Assembly: GCF_006345805.1 (NCBI RefSeq)
Contig: NC_043000.1
Span: forward strand, 74,586,001 to 74,650,000
Length of the DNA: 64,000 bases
Origin: Octopus sinensis
Taxonomy: Eukaryota
Direction of reading: 5' to 3'
In this document: positions 13,190 to 25,682 of the stretch, one piece after another
Layout of the letters: each line of letters starts with the position of its first letter
Position numbering within the stretch: position 1 is the stretch's first letter
Program-made: the position numbers and the translations under genes
The notes under the pieces: model-generated
Database searches by the model: none
Told to the model about the DNA's origin: nothing
What the model saw: only the letters and a program-made list of their open reading frames with translations

Positions 13190-14104
13190 TTGTTTTGTAC
13201 TGAGTACGAAAATGCGACATAGTGTCGAATGACGTTGATGCACGGATACTGTCTTTACTTGATTTAAAATAACACGTCTTAATCATTGAACAGCAGTGAT
13301 AAACAGATTACACGGCGAGCAGAAATAAAGTTTGAATAAAGGCTTTCTTTGAACCGGTTTATGACAAATTTTATTTGAACTTCATTTAAATGGATGTCAA
13401 AGTGTTCGAGAGGACCCTACAAGACGTAACCGAGGAAGATTATATTTACGGGAAATGGATGCTACACATCTACATAGCAACAGCAAAAGTTCCAGATGAA
13501 TCTAAACTGGAGGTACTCTTAGTCCCATCGTCGAAGAATCCGAAAGCTTCGAAGCAGCAATAGAACGCCTGGACTCAAAGTTCATAAAGAAAGATTCAAA
13601 CATAATGATGCGCCATAAGCTACGAACTCAAAAACAAAAGGAAAACGAGTCTATGGAAGAATTTATGTCAAGCCTTCAGGTGCTGGCCAAGAAGTGTAAA
13701 ATCCAAGCCCTAACGGCGGACCGTTACCGAGAAATTCTAATTGGTGATGTCTTTGTGGCTGGGCTTCAATCACCATCAATCAGACAAAGGCTTCTCCAAT
13801 CATCAGACGACAACTTAGAAACACTATAAGCTTACTCAAACCATATAGGTGGCCGTTGAAAACAATCGCAACCTATCGCAAGGCTCAGCTGGTATCGATC
13901 AACGACCCCATCTTGCAGCCGCTAAACCAGCCTGCTTTTGGTGCGGTGGAGACATCCATAAAAGAAAAAATTAATGCCCGGCGAAAAATTCCACTTGCTT
14001 AGGCCCTGGGAGAAAGTCTTCCCCTCAAAAATGTCACCAAGAAACAAACAAAATTTTCCTAAAACAGCAGCTATCACAGAGCCAGAAAGCGACTCAGAGG
14101 AAAA
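13190..14104 (+). mobile_element. Ty3/Gypsy element B, 5' fragment (LTR end, PBS-like site, gag)
   Basis: ...GATTACA followed by CGGCGAGC (13313) is PBS-like. Gag reads 'RHKLRTQKQKENESMEEFMSSLQVLAKKC...DVFVAGLQSPSIRQRLL', followed by a CFWCGG knuckle remnant. It is cut at 14104 by element C. The LTR start is uncertain. Confidence 0.7.
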
Positions 14105-17100
14105 TGTGGTGTATGCGAGAGATTCGAAATAAAGGCACCTACCTTCTCTTCGCTCAGATGGAGACCCTTCAGCGGTAATGAATCCTTCAACACAGCCCGA
14201 CCCGAACGCTAGAGATAGCAGCTGCTTCTCCCAACCTTAACAACGTACTGACCTCGTCTTACTCGCTTGAAAAGGCAGAATCCTGCCCTACCTGCGCGCG
14301 CGTCACTGCTGCCCCTCTGGTCAGCTCCCCAGCTGCTGACGTCATCCCACACGCCACCCTGATCTTAAAGATCACAATCTCTCTACTCCATGTCGTAGTC
14401 CACCATCCAACCGGGGGGACGCCTTGCGCGTCGAGATCTTCTCAAGCTACACACCTCGTTCTCCCCCTCTCCACAATCGTTGTCCGTCGAAGCGACAATC
14501 CTGCGAAGGTCCAAGACGTGTCGCGGCATCCATCCACGGAGACGTTGTTTCTGGAATTGACCGTCGTCACCGTTCCTCTGCTCCATTGAGACGTACAGCG
14601 CGCTTTTGGTGGTTTTACCCAGACTTCCTTCCCTATTTTCACGCAAACGGGTCCCTTCTCTTCCTCGTGGCCTTCCGGAGCTTTACTCGGGTGCCTCCAT
14701 TCATATTTAAATACAGCTCTCTGCGGCACAGATTCTTCAGCTTGTCCGGATCGGGGAGACAAGTTGTACCAAAAAACTGCTTCAAGCGGCGAAATGTGCC
14801 CTCTTTCCGCTATGGCCTTGTCTGTCCGATGATGCCTCTCTACGATCCCGTTACCGCTCGGCTTATACGCTGCTCTGAACAAGCGACGCACCTTCCACCG
14901 GTCAAGCATATCGCTCAATGCTTCCGAACGAAACGCCGCCCCGCTGTCCATTAGCAGTTCTTCTCGTCAGCAATGCCCGTTCCCAACTCCCTCCAAATGG
15001 CCAGCCGGCCCGGTCCGCAGTCGACCGTGGAGAGATACATTCCCTGACGGTAGTGCGTCACATCCACAGCTAGCCTTTTCCAGTTGTGCTCCACCGAAAG
15101 GTTTCCTTGCTCATGCCCACACGGAGCAGGGTCAATGGACTGACACCTGTCGCAGCTACCGACCACTTTCCGGATGCTTCTCCTAGTGACGTCAGCATAA
15201 ATTTTCTTCGCCAGACAAAGGGTCCTGTCCACACCCAAGTGATGCATAGCATGCAGCCTCTTCAGTTAAGAGTCATCCAACCGACACGCCGCAGCTATCC
15301 CTCTCCGGGCCTCCTCCGGTTCCTCCAACCACGCCCTTTTCACCCTGGTCAGTGCGTCCGCCCTGTTTTTCTCCGAAGGCACGAAAACCATGTTCAGCTT
15401 CAGTCCGAACTCTGCAATCAATTCACCTAGAACTCCTAGACGGCGCTTCACCAACATCTCCGCGGCACCTTTCGTCCGAACTCTCCTTTCACCGGTGATC
15501 ACCGATCCTACCCAGCCAAGCACAGTGGCTGAATCCGTCCGGATTTCAATTGTGCGCAGCCCCCATTTCAGGGCCAAGTTCACCCCTTTCATCTAATTTC
15601 GTCTAATTCGGCGACATTGATGTGGTTGAAATCATCTGCTTTCCGAAGCCAGCAGCGCCTTCGATCGCCAACACAGCCCCTATCGCTATACTGCTAGCAT
15701 CACACTAGACAGTCCTGCATTCCGTCTTGGGCACGTACCAGTTCCCCCTGACCGGGTCTTCCGCTCTCGTCCTCTCTAGGATTTCCTGCATCATCGCCAC
15801 CGTCTCTTCTCCCACCTTGTCGCCCCAACTCCCCCCCTCCGCTCGTCTCTTGGTGTAACTACACGCCGTGCGCAGCCATCCAGCGATCGGGTAGTGACCG
15901 ACCAACTTCCCACACACCGAGAACAGCTCTCTCCTGCTGACGCTGGAACTCAGCTCTGGGATTTCATTCCCTCTCCGGAACACCAACTCACCCGATCTAT
16001 CTCTTCGCAGCTTCAGCCCCAGTGCGCCTCCCCCTTCCATCGACTCCGGTGGCTTCGCAATCAGTCCGAACTTCTCCAGATGTCTAACTCCCTCGTTGGC
16101 TGGCACTACAGTTTCGTCCACCAAAATGTCGTCAATGTAGGAGCTGGTGGCCTTTTTAATCTTGCCGTCTTTCCCTACGACGGATTTAAGCACTGCCGCC
16201 ATGATCTTCGGAGCGGAATACAGCCCGAAACCCAGCCTGGTTAAACAGTACGTTCGACCTTTGTACCGCACCAGCTGATATCACCACAGTTTGTCTCTCA
16301 CATGGAGCTGCAAGTATGCCGATCTCAAGTCGACAATCGTTGCTGCCTTGGTCGACTGTCTCCACGCACTTAACGTCTCGCCACAAACGTTTGTCGCCTC
16401 ACCTCCTGTGTGACACGATATATGCTGGTTTAGCTCCCTGAAGTCCAGCACAGGTCTGACTTTTATCTTCGTAGGCTGCACCACCGCCATCAGGGGTAGC
16501 ACTCCGCCCGCTACTTCCTCCTTCGTCGACCCACCTCTCCTTCAGACTCGACCCTGGCGTGGCCTTTCAGGGTATGCTGGTAACAGCTCACTCTGTTTTT
16601 CAGCATCGGGGGCTCGTCCTTCCGTCGCCTCTCTATCTTCCACCGCTGACCATCGAACGCCGCCTGGAGATCTTTGTCCTCGATGGTGTAAGCGGCGCAG
16701 TCCCTCGCGGGGCTCTGCTCTCTCTGGCGGTCCTGACTCGCAGTGCACGACGCCCCCACGCTTCCGAACGTGACCTCATCTCCCACAATACTGTCCCACC
16801 GAGGCGGTTGATGGCGTCCATCTACATCACTTCATCAACCCCATCTATCACGCGTTCAGCCACAATTACCTGCAGCCTTAGCGTCGCGCCGCGCACCACT
16901 ATCTCTACCTTGCTGCTGCGTTTGCAACGGATTTCGCTGCAGTCGACCGCCCGGACGCTACTTGCCCCGTTCCATTTCTTCGTCACCCTTGAAGTCACAA
17001 GGGTGGTCGTGCAGCCCGTATCCATGAGGGCCTTGAACGTCTTCCCCTCGGCCTCCACATCAATTAATGGCTGCGTCTCCAAAAGCGCCTCTACTCGTTT

Positions 17101-17932
17101 GCGGGGAAAGTTCGAGAGGCAGCAACTTCCCCGCGGTCGTTTCCCTGGTCGCAATCACGGGCGATGTGCCCTGTCTGCCTGCATCGATAGCAAACGGGCC
17201 CCGGTTGCGTACACTCCCTCGCCATGTGCGACCCCTGACATCTAAAACACCGACCTGAGAACGGCCGCTGTCGTTGCACGGTAGGTTTCTTCACGTCTTT
17301 CTCCGACCGTCGTCCGTCTTTACGCACCTCCGTCACCGCCATCGCTATCGCCTTCCGCCCAGAGTGTCCCGTCAACACACGGGTTTGAGTCACAAGTTCG
17401 CTCAGCGCCATCTTTTTACTCCGGGCAATCGTTATAGGTGAATCCCTACATCGTCGGGGAACCCATTTACAAACGCCAGTCGCGCTGCTCTCTCCAGCCC
17501 TTCTCCTGTAAACCCAGCCAGCGTCGCTAACCTTCGAACTTCTGCCGCGTATTCGTCCACCTGACCTCCCGTCCATCTAATCGTACCCAGCTTAGCAAAA
17601 GCTGTGTACTCACACTCTGTGTAGGCATCCCTCAGACGTTGCTCTATCTTTTCCTCGCTCAGACGTTCTTCCTCGTCCATCTCAAGATATAGCGTCAACG
17701 CGCTCCCTTCCAAATACAGCGCCATAAGACTTGCCACATCGCTTATACCTTGCAGTCTTGCCACCATCCTAATTTTACGCATCCAGGCCACTACATCGCC
17801 TTCACCATTAAAGGGTCTGATGATGTCGCTGGCGATCCTGATTTTCGCTGCCATCGTGATGACGTCTTATATGGAGCGCCGAAATAGCTTGTGGTGTATG
17901 CGAGAGATTCGAAATAAAGGCACCTACCTTCT
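14105..17932 (-). mobile_element. Compact Ty3/Gypsy element C; 3' LTR 14105-14376, 43 bp of 5' LTR retained at 17890-17932
   Basis: Gag from 17854, two CCHC knuckles (CFRCQGSHMAREC, CYRCRQTGHIARDC), protease ALMDTGC, RT (VDLRSAY, LGFGL, YIDD), RNase H (IRTDSATV) and integrase (HH..CC, DSG..F, GIVERHHR). The LTR runs TGTG...CACA with purine tract GGAGTAGAGAGAT. The 43 shared LTR bases are identical. Confidence 0.93.
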
Positions 17933-18282
17933 GTTAAATTAATTTAATTGTTACGCGTGTAAAAAAAACCGAAACCGGTTTTTTTTTAACACGCGTAACA
18001 ATTAAATTAATTTAACAATTAAGAAAAAAAAAATTAGGGTTAGGGTGGGGGGTAGTGACAGGATGTTGTCTCAGTTTTAGACGCAGTAAATGATTTTAGC
18101 TCAAAAGAGAGCATAGGATTGGTTAAAATTCGAAAAATTAAACTACGTTAAACAAACAAATTACAATTTTCTCAAGAAAGCCAAGAGAAAAAATGTTTTA
18201 TTTTGACACATTCTACTAGTATACGAAGTTTTAAAGTGTTTAGTTAACTAGAAATTGTCTGCCGTTCAAAAGGAAAAGACCC
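17933..18282. mobile_element. Second, half-deleted member of the fold-back DNA transposon family (central hairpin, TTAGGGTTAGGG and right arm)
   Basis: 84-bp hairpin at 17933-18016 and TTAGGGTTAGGG at 18034-18045. The right arm resembles 10640-10756 and ends CAAAAGGAAAAGACCC. Confidence 0.75.
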
Positions 18283-19294
18283 AACCAAAACAATCTGCCG
18301 ACACTTCGAAGTCACTGTTAATCCTTCAGTTTAATGTTGAATTATATAAAGACTTAGTAGTCTTGTAGCTATATACTTACAAGACTACCTTGTTTTGTGT
18401 CTAAATTCCAATGAAGGGGTTTTATTTCTAGGCTACAAACAGGCTCTTTATTAGTGACAAACTCGAAAAATGCAACCAACCAACCTGCACATACGCATGC
18501 ACACACAGACAGAAAGCGGATAATAGGTGTTGCTTTCGACTAACGAGTGTCCCAGTTGTTCGATGCAGCAAACTGCTTATTCATTTTAAACTAACAAAAT
18601 CCAAGTCCTCATAAAAAAATATCAGTAAAACATCTTTATTCGTGTTAAACAAGTGTTTACATCCATATAATTCTATGTTCGGCATGCACATGTTGAAAAG
18701 GTTTAAAACAATCTCTTTTTATTTAACATAGCAATTCATCTGCCTACTTCCACCAAGAGAAACATTAGGAAAAGCATATTTCAGAAAAACTCGTACCTAC
18801 AATGTAATCTCCAGTTAATGTAATCTAACAGCGTATAACGTCTCAGTGGAGAAAGATAAAACGTAGACACATTTACTGCTAAGAGTACTTGGTGTAGCTC
18901 TAAGCAAAAACATAAGGAAGTTCACAGGCACAAATTATTGAGAAGTAGAACATTGCTGGGTGAATAAAAATATCAATTCACAGAGTAGAGGATACACGAG
19001 GAAAATTCGTGATGACATAGTCGCTTGATTAAGAGCTCTTTTGAGCAAGAAGGAAGTAAAAGTGATTAGCGAGTTGCCAACCACACCAAGCAGTCAGCTT
19101 GTTACATTGACTGATGTTTTGACAATCCCTACTTCGAATAATTTTACTAGATTACCAGGGAGATTTTTTCTGTATAACAATGGCAAAATATCAGTGCTTA
19201 GAAAAGTATTTAATTTTACCCCAATGTGGACTTTAATGTAGGTACGGGATCATTGTCTTCTGCCTCGTGAGTTTGCTTTTATGTGTTGTATGTG

Positions 19295-19338
<44 letters not shown>

Positions 19339-19502
19339 ATATATATATATATATATATATATATCTGTCTATATATATATATTGTTATATGTATATATAT
19401 ATGTTATATGTATTTAATTTTACCCCAATGTGGGCTTTAATTTAGGTACAGGATCATTGTCTTCTCCCTCTTGAGTTTGCTTTTATGTATTGTATGTGTA
19501 TG

Positions 19503-19557
<55 letters not shown>

Positions 19558-19560
<3 letters not shown>

Positions 19561-19610
19561 AGAACGTACGTTTCTAGATTAGTCAATTCGACATTTCTTT
19601 CTTCAGCTCA
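19558..19610 (-). ncRNA. Degenerate minimal hammerhead motif
   Basis: The minus strand reads TGAG-CTGAAGA-[AAGAAATGTCGAATTGACTAATCTA]-GAAA-CGTACG-TT^-CTCA. The closing pair of stem II is mismatched (A/A). Confidence 0.5.
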
Positions 19611-19716
19611 GAATTCCTTGAATCGGATTTGGGAACACTTAAAGTCGGGAGCATACCCTTTCGGCTTCTAATCACCTCTAGAATTCTGCTCGAACTAAAA
19701 GTGCTGAAATTCTTCG

Positions 19717-19763
<47 letters not shown>

Positions 19764-19884
19764 GTTATATGTATATATATATGTGTGTATATATATGTGT
19801 GTATATATATATGTGTGTATATATATATATTATATATATATATATATATAATATATATATATATATGTGTGTGTATATATATAT

Positions 19885-19915
<31 letters not shown>

Positions 19916-20023
19916 TGTATATATATATATATATATATTTAAAAATTAAGGGTAGAAATTGATATTAGTCAATTAAAACCAGTGGTCTAGCACATTAAAA
20001 AGAATCCGAAGATTAAAATATTT

Positions 20024-20285
20024 ATATATACCAATTAAGGACTGAACACGAAAAGGTGGACAGTCAACATGCTAGATATAGACGTCAAATCGCCATTCTC
20101 CACAAAGATTTTGTTCTCAAATAAAAATAAAATTCAGCACGACCTAAAGCAATTGCTTTAGGTCGTGCTGAATTTTATTTTTATTTGAGAACAAAATCTT
20201 TGTGGAGAATGGCGATTTGACGTCTATATCTAGCATGTTGACTGTCCACCTTTTCGTGTTCAGTCCTTAATTGGTATATATATAT
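20024..20285. repeat. Spacerless palindrome, ~130-bp arms
   Basis: Centre CCTAAAGCAA|TTGCTTTAGG at 20152/20153; the arms look identical. Confidence 0.9.
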
Positions 20286-20338
20286 ATATTATATATATGT
20301 CATATGTATATATATATCTTATATGTATGTATATATGT

Positions 20339-20369
<31 letters not shown>

Positions 20370-20418
20370 ATGTGTGTATATATATATATGTATGTATATA
20401 GATATGTATATATATATG

Positions 20419-20449
<31 letters not shown>

Positions 20450-20465
20450 GTGTGTGTGTGTGTGT

Positions 20466-20739
20466 GGAGGCGCAATGGCCCAGTGGTTAAGGCAGCGGAA
20501 TCGCAGTCGCAGGATCGCGGTTTCGATTCCCAGACCGGGTGTTGTGAGTGTTTATTGAGCGAAAGCACCTGAAAGCTCCACGACGCTCCGGCAGGGGGTG
20601 GTGATCCCTGCTGTACTCTTTCACCCACTCTTCTGTTGGCCTGCTCACTTAGCAAGTGGGGTAGTGTCATTCGAAGGCTAAAACAATGCGAACGCATTGT
20701 GATCAGCGATGTGTAGCAACATCTGATGGTCTGGTCGGT

Positions 20740-20746
<7 letters not shown>
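20466..20746 (+). mobile_element. tRNA-headed SINE (second family)
   Basis: GGAGGCGCAATGGCCCAGTGGTTAAGG A box and GTTTCGATTCC B box; inserted at a (TG)n/(TA)n tract. Confidence 0.75.
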
Positions 20747-20797
<51 letters not shown>

Positions 20798-20801
20798 TAT
20801 A

Positions 20802-21200
20802 CTAGCAGTATCGCCCGGCGTTGCTCGGGTTTGTAAGGGAAATAACTATATAAGCATTTTTAGAGATGTAAAGTATAATAGCCATCTCAATATGGCTAAC
20901 CACAAAGGGGGGTGGGTGTTACTGTAGCTTTTTACGTTCTGAGATTTAATAATAAATTTTTAGAGAGTTACTTCCCTTATATATGCCAAAAATGCATTAA
21001 AAATGTGAAAAATTGATGGTAAATTTTTTTTTAAATCGTAGACTCATCGTAGACCAGCGCTAATACCCAGAAGGGCTCGATATTAATCACAACTATAAGA
21101 TACCCGGTTTTGGTTAAACTGCACCGCAAAATGTGGGAGTAGTTGGGAATCTAAATCGTAGGAGACAGACAGCACACAACCTCACTTTTATATATAAAGA
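20802..21200 (-). mobile_element. Non-autonomous Helitron (Lep1-like)
   Basis: On the minus strand it reads A|TC...CTAG|T, with a subterminal GC hairpin (CCCGGCGTTGCTCGGG, 20814-20829) and an ACAGACAG motif near the other end. Confidence 0.8.
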
Positions 21201-21207
21201 TATATAT

Positions 21208-21295
<88 letters not shown>

Positions 21296-21350
21296 AGTGC
21301 GTGTGTTTTTATTGGCTAAACTGGCAATATGACCATTCCGAAATATAACA

Positions 21351-21386
<36 letters not shown>

Positions 21387-21504
21387 GTATATATGTATAT
21401 GTATATATGTATATGTGTATATGTATATGTGTATATGTATATATGTATATATATATATGTATATGTATATATATATATATGTATATGTATATGTATATAT
21501 ATAT

Positions 21505-22591
21505 ATGTTGTTATATTTTGGTATGGTAATTTTGCTAGTTTAGCCAATAAAAACACACGCACTATATATTTGGTGTTATTTTGCTTCAGTGTTATTTATT
21601 TTTTACATTAATCTTAATCTTATTTCGGCCAGAGTTCTTTCATCACGCTCCTGTGACCGCATCAGTGGTCCTTTGTTTTCTTCTTTCTTATTTGTGTCTC
21701 TCCTTAATAACCATCAGCCATTTTGTATTTCTATTGTATGTCTTCATTTGTGCATGCTTATATCTCTATGTGCGTCTATGTTTATTTAGTGTGTGTGTGT
21801 GGGGGGGGATGCCTGTAATATTTGTATCTTCTGTTTATATACGTTCATGTAATATATTTTTGTTGGTTTTGTTGTTGTTTTAGTTTATTCTTATTTTGTT
21901 CATGTGTTTACATCCACTAATTATTATCATTATGTATGCTTGTATGTATGTATGTATGTATAACAACAATACTAGTAATAATAATTTTTAAAAAATCAAA
22001 AAAACTCATATAGTTATTTATTTCTATTTGTTTATTTATCTGTGTATTTTATTTATTATGTTTTCAGTTTTGTTTATATTGTAACTAGTTTATTGGGATC
22101 CACTACTGTCATATGTTGTGGTGTGTGCTAGTGTTCCATCCCAGTTTTCTATTCAGGTTAGGTTTATCTTCTATTATGTGTGTAGCTTCTGTAATTTGTC
22201 TGATTGTTGCATCTGTTCTATGTGTGGACAATATTTTAATTTCTATGTTGTCGATTGATCCCCCGTGTTCCTGTTCGGCGTGTTGGTACAGAATCGATGA
22301 GCTTTTACCTTCCTTGAGTTCTCTCCAATTTTCATTAACCCGCTCTCCTATGCTTCTTGACGTTTCCCCTACATATGTCGTCTTGTTACTGCATCGTCCC
22401 TCTATACATCTTATACTATAGACTACATTTCTGGCTTTACAGTTTGTTAGTGGTCTAAATCTACATACAGTACAGTACTTATCCGTACAGGGGGTTCTAC
22501 TAAAAGGATAGGTTCTACCGATTATAGATTTGATAGGGTTGCCTGGCTTTTCAACAACCTTAATCCTTAGCTTAAGTTTATCTAGGGTCCT
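21505..22591 (-). mobile_element. 5'-truncated Penelope-like element: open GIY-YIG endonuclease C-terminus (22591-22109) plus 3' region
   Basis: Reads 'C..C...C...[13 protein letters not shown]...[17 protein letters not shown]...LYQHAEQEH...RQITEATHI...PNLN', a GIY-YIG domain with a CCHH-type linker. It is truncated at a (TA)n tract. Confidence 0.88.
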
Positions 22592-22595
22592 TATG

Positions 22596-22646
<51 letters not shown>

Positions 22647-22658
22647 TGTATATATATA

Positions 22659-22692
<34 letters not shown>

Positions 22693-22735
22693 GTATATAT
22701 ATATCATCATCATCGTTTAACGTCCGCTTTCCATG

Positions 22736-22786
<51 letters not shown>

Positions 22787-22795
22787 ATATATATA

Positions 22796-22840
<45 letters not shown>

Positions 22841-22871
22841 CATCATCATCGTTTAACGTCCGCTTTCCATG

Positions 22872-22923
<52 letters not shown>

Positions 22924-23230
22924 TAATATATATATATGTATATATATATATGTATATATATATTATATATATATATGTTGTACCAAGCAGGATTCAAATA
23001 AGGATCTTTAATTCTAAGCTAAGGGTAGTGATACCCTTATTCATTGAGCCAGATGTTTCCAACACTGGGCAGTGGAACATTTGATACTGGGCTTAACAGA
23101 AAGAATAAATTCTAAAATCTTATTTCTATTTCATTGACTATTGCAGTCTGCAGAGTGTTTTTGCAGTGTGAATGTATTATATATATATATATATATATAT
23201 ACTCAAAATAAGCAATAAGAATGACTCCGG

Positions 23231-23323
23231 TAATTTGGTACGATCGTTTCGTACTACATCATTTTATTAAATGTTGTAAGTATTACAACAGTTTTAAAAT
23301 GCTGAGCACTCATCAGCCAATTA
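23231..23323 (-). ncRNA. Type-I hammerhead ribozyme motif
   Basis: The minus strand reads TAATTGG-CTGATGA-GTGCT...AGTAC-GAAA-CGATCG-TA^-CCAAATTA. Stem II is extended by CATTTTA/TAAAATG and a TGTTGTAA/TTACAACA hairpin. Confidence 0.75.
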
Positions 23324-23539
23324 TAGAGGTTTTCCATTAATACAAAAATTTTCATATCAAGTGGCAACATTATAGAGAAGGTAGATATATAGACAAAGAT
23401 GTGGATTTAAATTTTAAGAACATTTGAGGTAGTGGAGCCCATCAACTGACTGACTAAGATTCAGTTGTTCCAGACTACTGTAAGGTTCTGAGAGGGAAGA
23501 ACAAATGAAAGGAGACAATAAAGATAAATTTTTGCTTAA

Positions 23540-23585
<46 letters not shown>

Positions 23586-23633
23586 ATATGTATATATATG
23601 TATTATATATATATATAATATATATATATATAT

Positions 23634-23694
<61 letters not shown>

Positions 23695-24009
23695 ATATGT
23701 ATATATATGTATATATATATATATGTATATTATATATATATATATATTAATATATTATAAATTCATTGTATATGTAATGATTAAATTATATATTATGCAC
23801 TTCTTTGTGTTTTGTTATGTGTGTGATCCTCCAGTCCATGGACAATTTGTCTTGCTTGAAACCGGTCTGTTTGGAGACTACTGCATTAAGCTACTGGCAT
23901 AAGACCAAGTAATGTTTCAATTTTAGGTTAATTTTAGGTTATTTCAATTTACTTTTTAATAATAGCATGCATCTTGAACTGATTTTGTAATCAGCAAGTA
24001 TATTATGTA

Positions 24010-24287
24010 TGTCAGCCTCGTCTGGCACCTGTGTCGGTGGCACATAAAAAACACCATCCGAGCGTGGCCGTCTGCCAGCCTCGTCTGGCACCTGTGTCGG
24101 TGGCACATAAAATCACCCACTACACTCTCGGAGTGGTTGGCGTTAGGAAGGGCATCCAGCTGTAGAAACACTGCCAGATCTGACTGGCCTGGTGCAGCCT
24201 TCGGGCTTGCCAGACCCCAGTTGAACCGCCCAACCCATGCTAGCATGGAAAACGGACGTTAAACGATGATGATGATGATGATGATAT
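24010..24287 (+). mobile_element. RTE 3' UTR fragment with two internal subrepeats and a (GAT)n tail
   Basis: cagcctcgtctggcacctgtgtcggtggcacataaaa occurs twice, then ...ggagtggttggcgttaggaagggcatccagc... and gatgatgat. Confidence 0.8.
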
Positions 24288-24289
24288 AT

Positions 24290-24484
24290 GTATATGTATA
24301 TATATATTGTATATATATATGTAATATATATATATGTATATATATGTATATATATATATGTATATATATATGTATATATCTATATGTATATTTATATATG
24401 TATATATATATATATTATGTATATATATATAGTATATATATATATGTATATATTATATATATGTATGTATATATATATATGTAG

Positions 24485-24521
<37 letters not shown>

Positions 24522-24585
24522 GTATGTATATATATATATGTATGTATATATATATATATGTATGTATATATATATATATGTATGT

Positions 24586-24640
<55 letters not shown>

Positions 24641-24651
24641 TATATGTATGT

Positions 24652-24692
<41 letters not shown>

Positions 24693-24894
24693 TATATATA
24701 TGTATGTATATATATATATGTATATATATATATGTATGTATATATATATATGTATGTATATATATATATATGTGTATGTATATATATATATGTATGTATA
24801 TATATATATGTGTATGTATATATGTGTATGTATATATCTATATATATTATGTATATATGTATATATATGTATATATGTATATATATGTGTATAT

Positions 24895-24925
<31 letters not shown>

Positions 24926-25168
24926 GTATATATATATGTATATATATGTTATATATATGTATATATATATATGTAATATATATGTATATATTATGTATAT
25001 ATATATATGTTATATATATAATGTATATATATATATGTATATATATATATGTATATATATATATATGTATATATATGTATATATATATAATATGTATATA
25101 TATATATACGTATATATATATATAATGTATATATATATATATGTATATATATATATGTTATATATATG

Positions 25169-25217
<49 letters not shown>

Positions 25218-25360
25218 TATATATATATATGTATATAATGTATATATATATATATGGTATATATATATATGTATATATATATGTATATATTATATATGTA
25301 TATATATATATAGATATATATATATATATATGTATAATATATATGTATATATATATATAT

Positions 25361-25391
<31 letters not shown>

Positions 25392-25682
25392 GTATTATAT
25401 ATATATATGTATGTATATATATATTATGTATATATATATAGTTATATATATGTGTATGTATATATATATGTTATATATATATGTATATATAATATGTATG
25501 TATATATATATGTGTATATTATATATGTATATATATATGTATATATATATGTGTATATATATATATGTATATATATATGTATATATATATGTATGTATAT
25601 ATATATATATATGTATATATATATGTATATATATATGTATGTATATATATATATACATGTATATATATATGTATGTATATAT
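24290..25682. repeat. About 1.4-kb compound (TA)n/(TATG)n microsatellite
   Basis: Direct reading; it is the source of the spurious Y/I/M ORFs. Confidence 0.95.

Noticed and set aside
18034-18045. Interstitial telomere or chromosome-fusion scar
   Set aside because: Only two TTAGGG units, and they are internal to a transposon.
18290-19200. Exon of an upstream minus-strand gene
   Set aside because: The best candidate acceptor/donor pair (about 18956-18797) has stops in all three frames.
21610-21672. Hammerhead in the 3' region of the 22 kb Penelope (minus strand CTGATGC...GGCCGAAA)
   Set aside because: The core reads CTGATGC rather than CTGATGA, and stems I and III cannot be satisfied together. 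It may be a decayed relic, but it is not supportable.
24010-24110. CRISPR-like repeat-spacer pattern in the RTE tail subrepeats
   Set aside because: Eukaryotic context, the intervening sequences are homologous to each other, and there are no cas genes.
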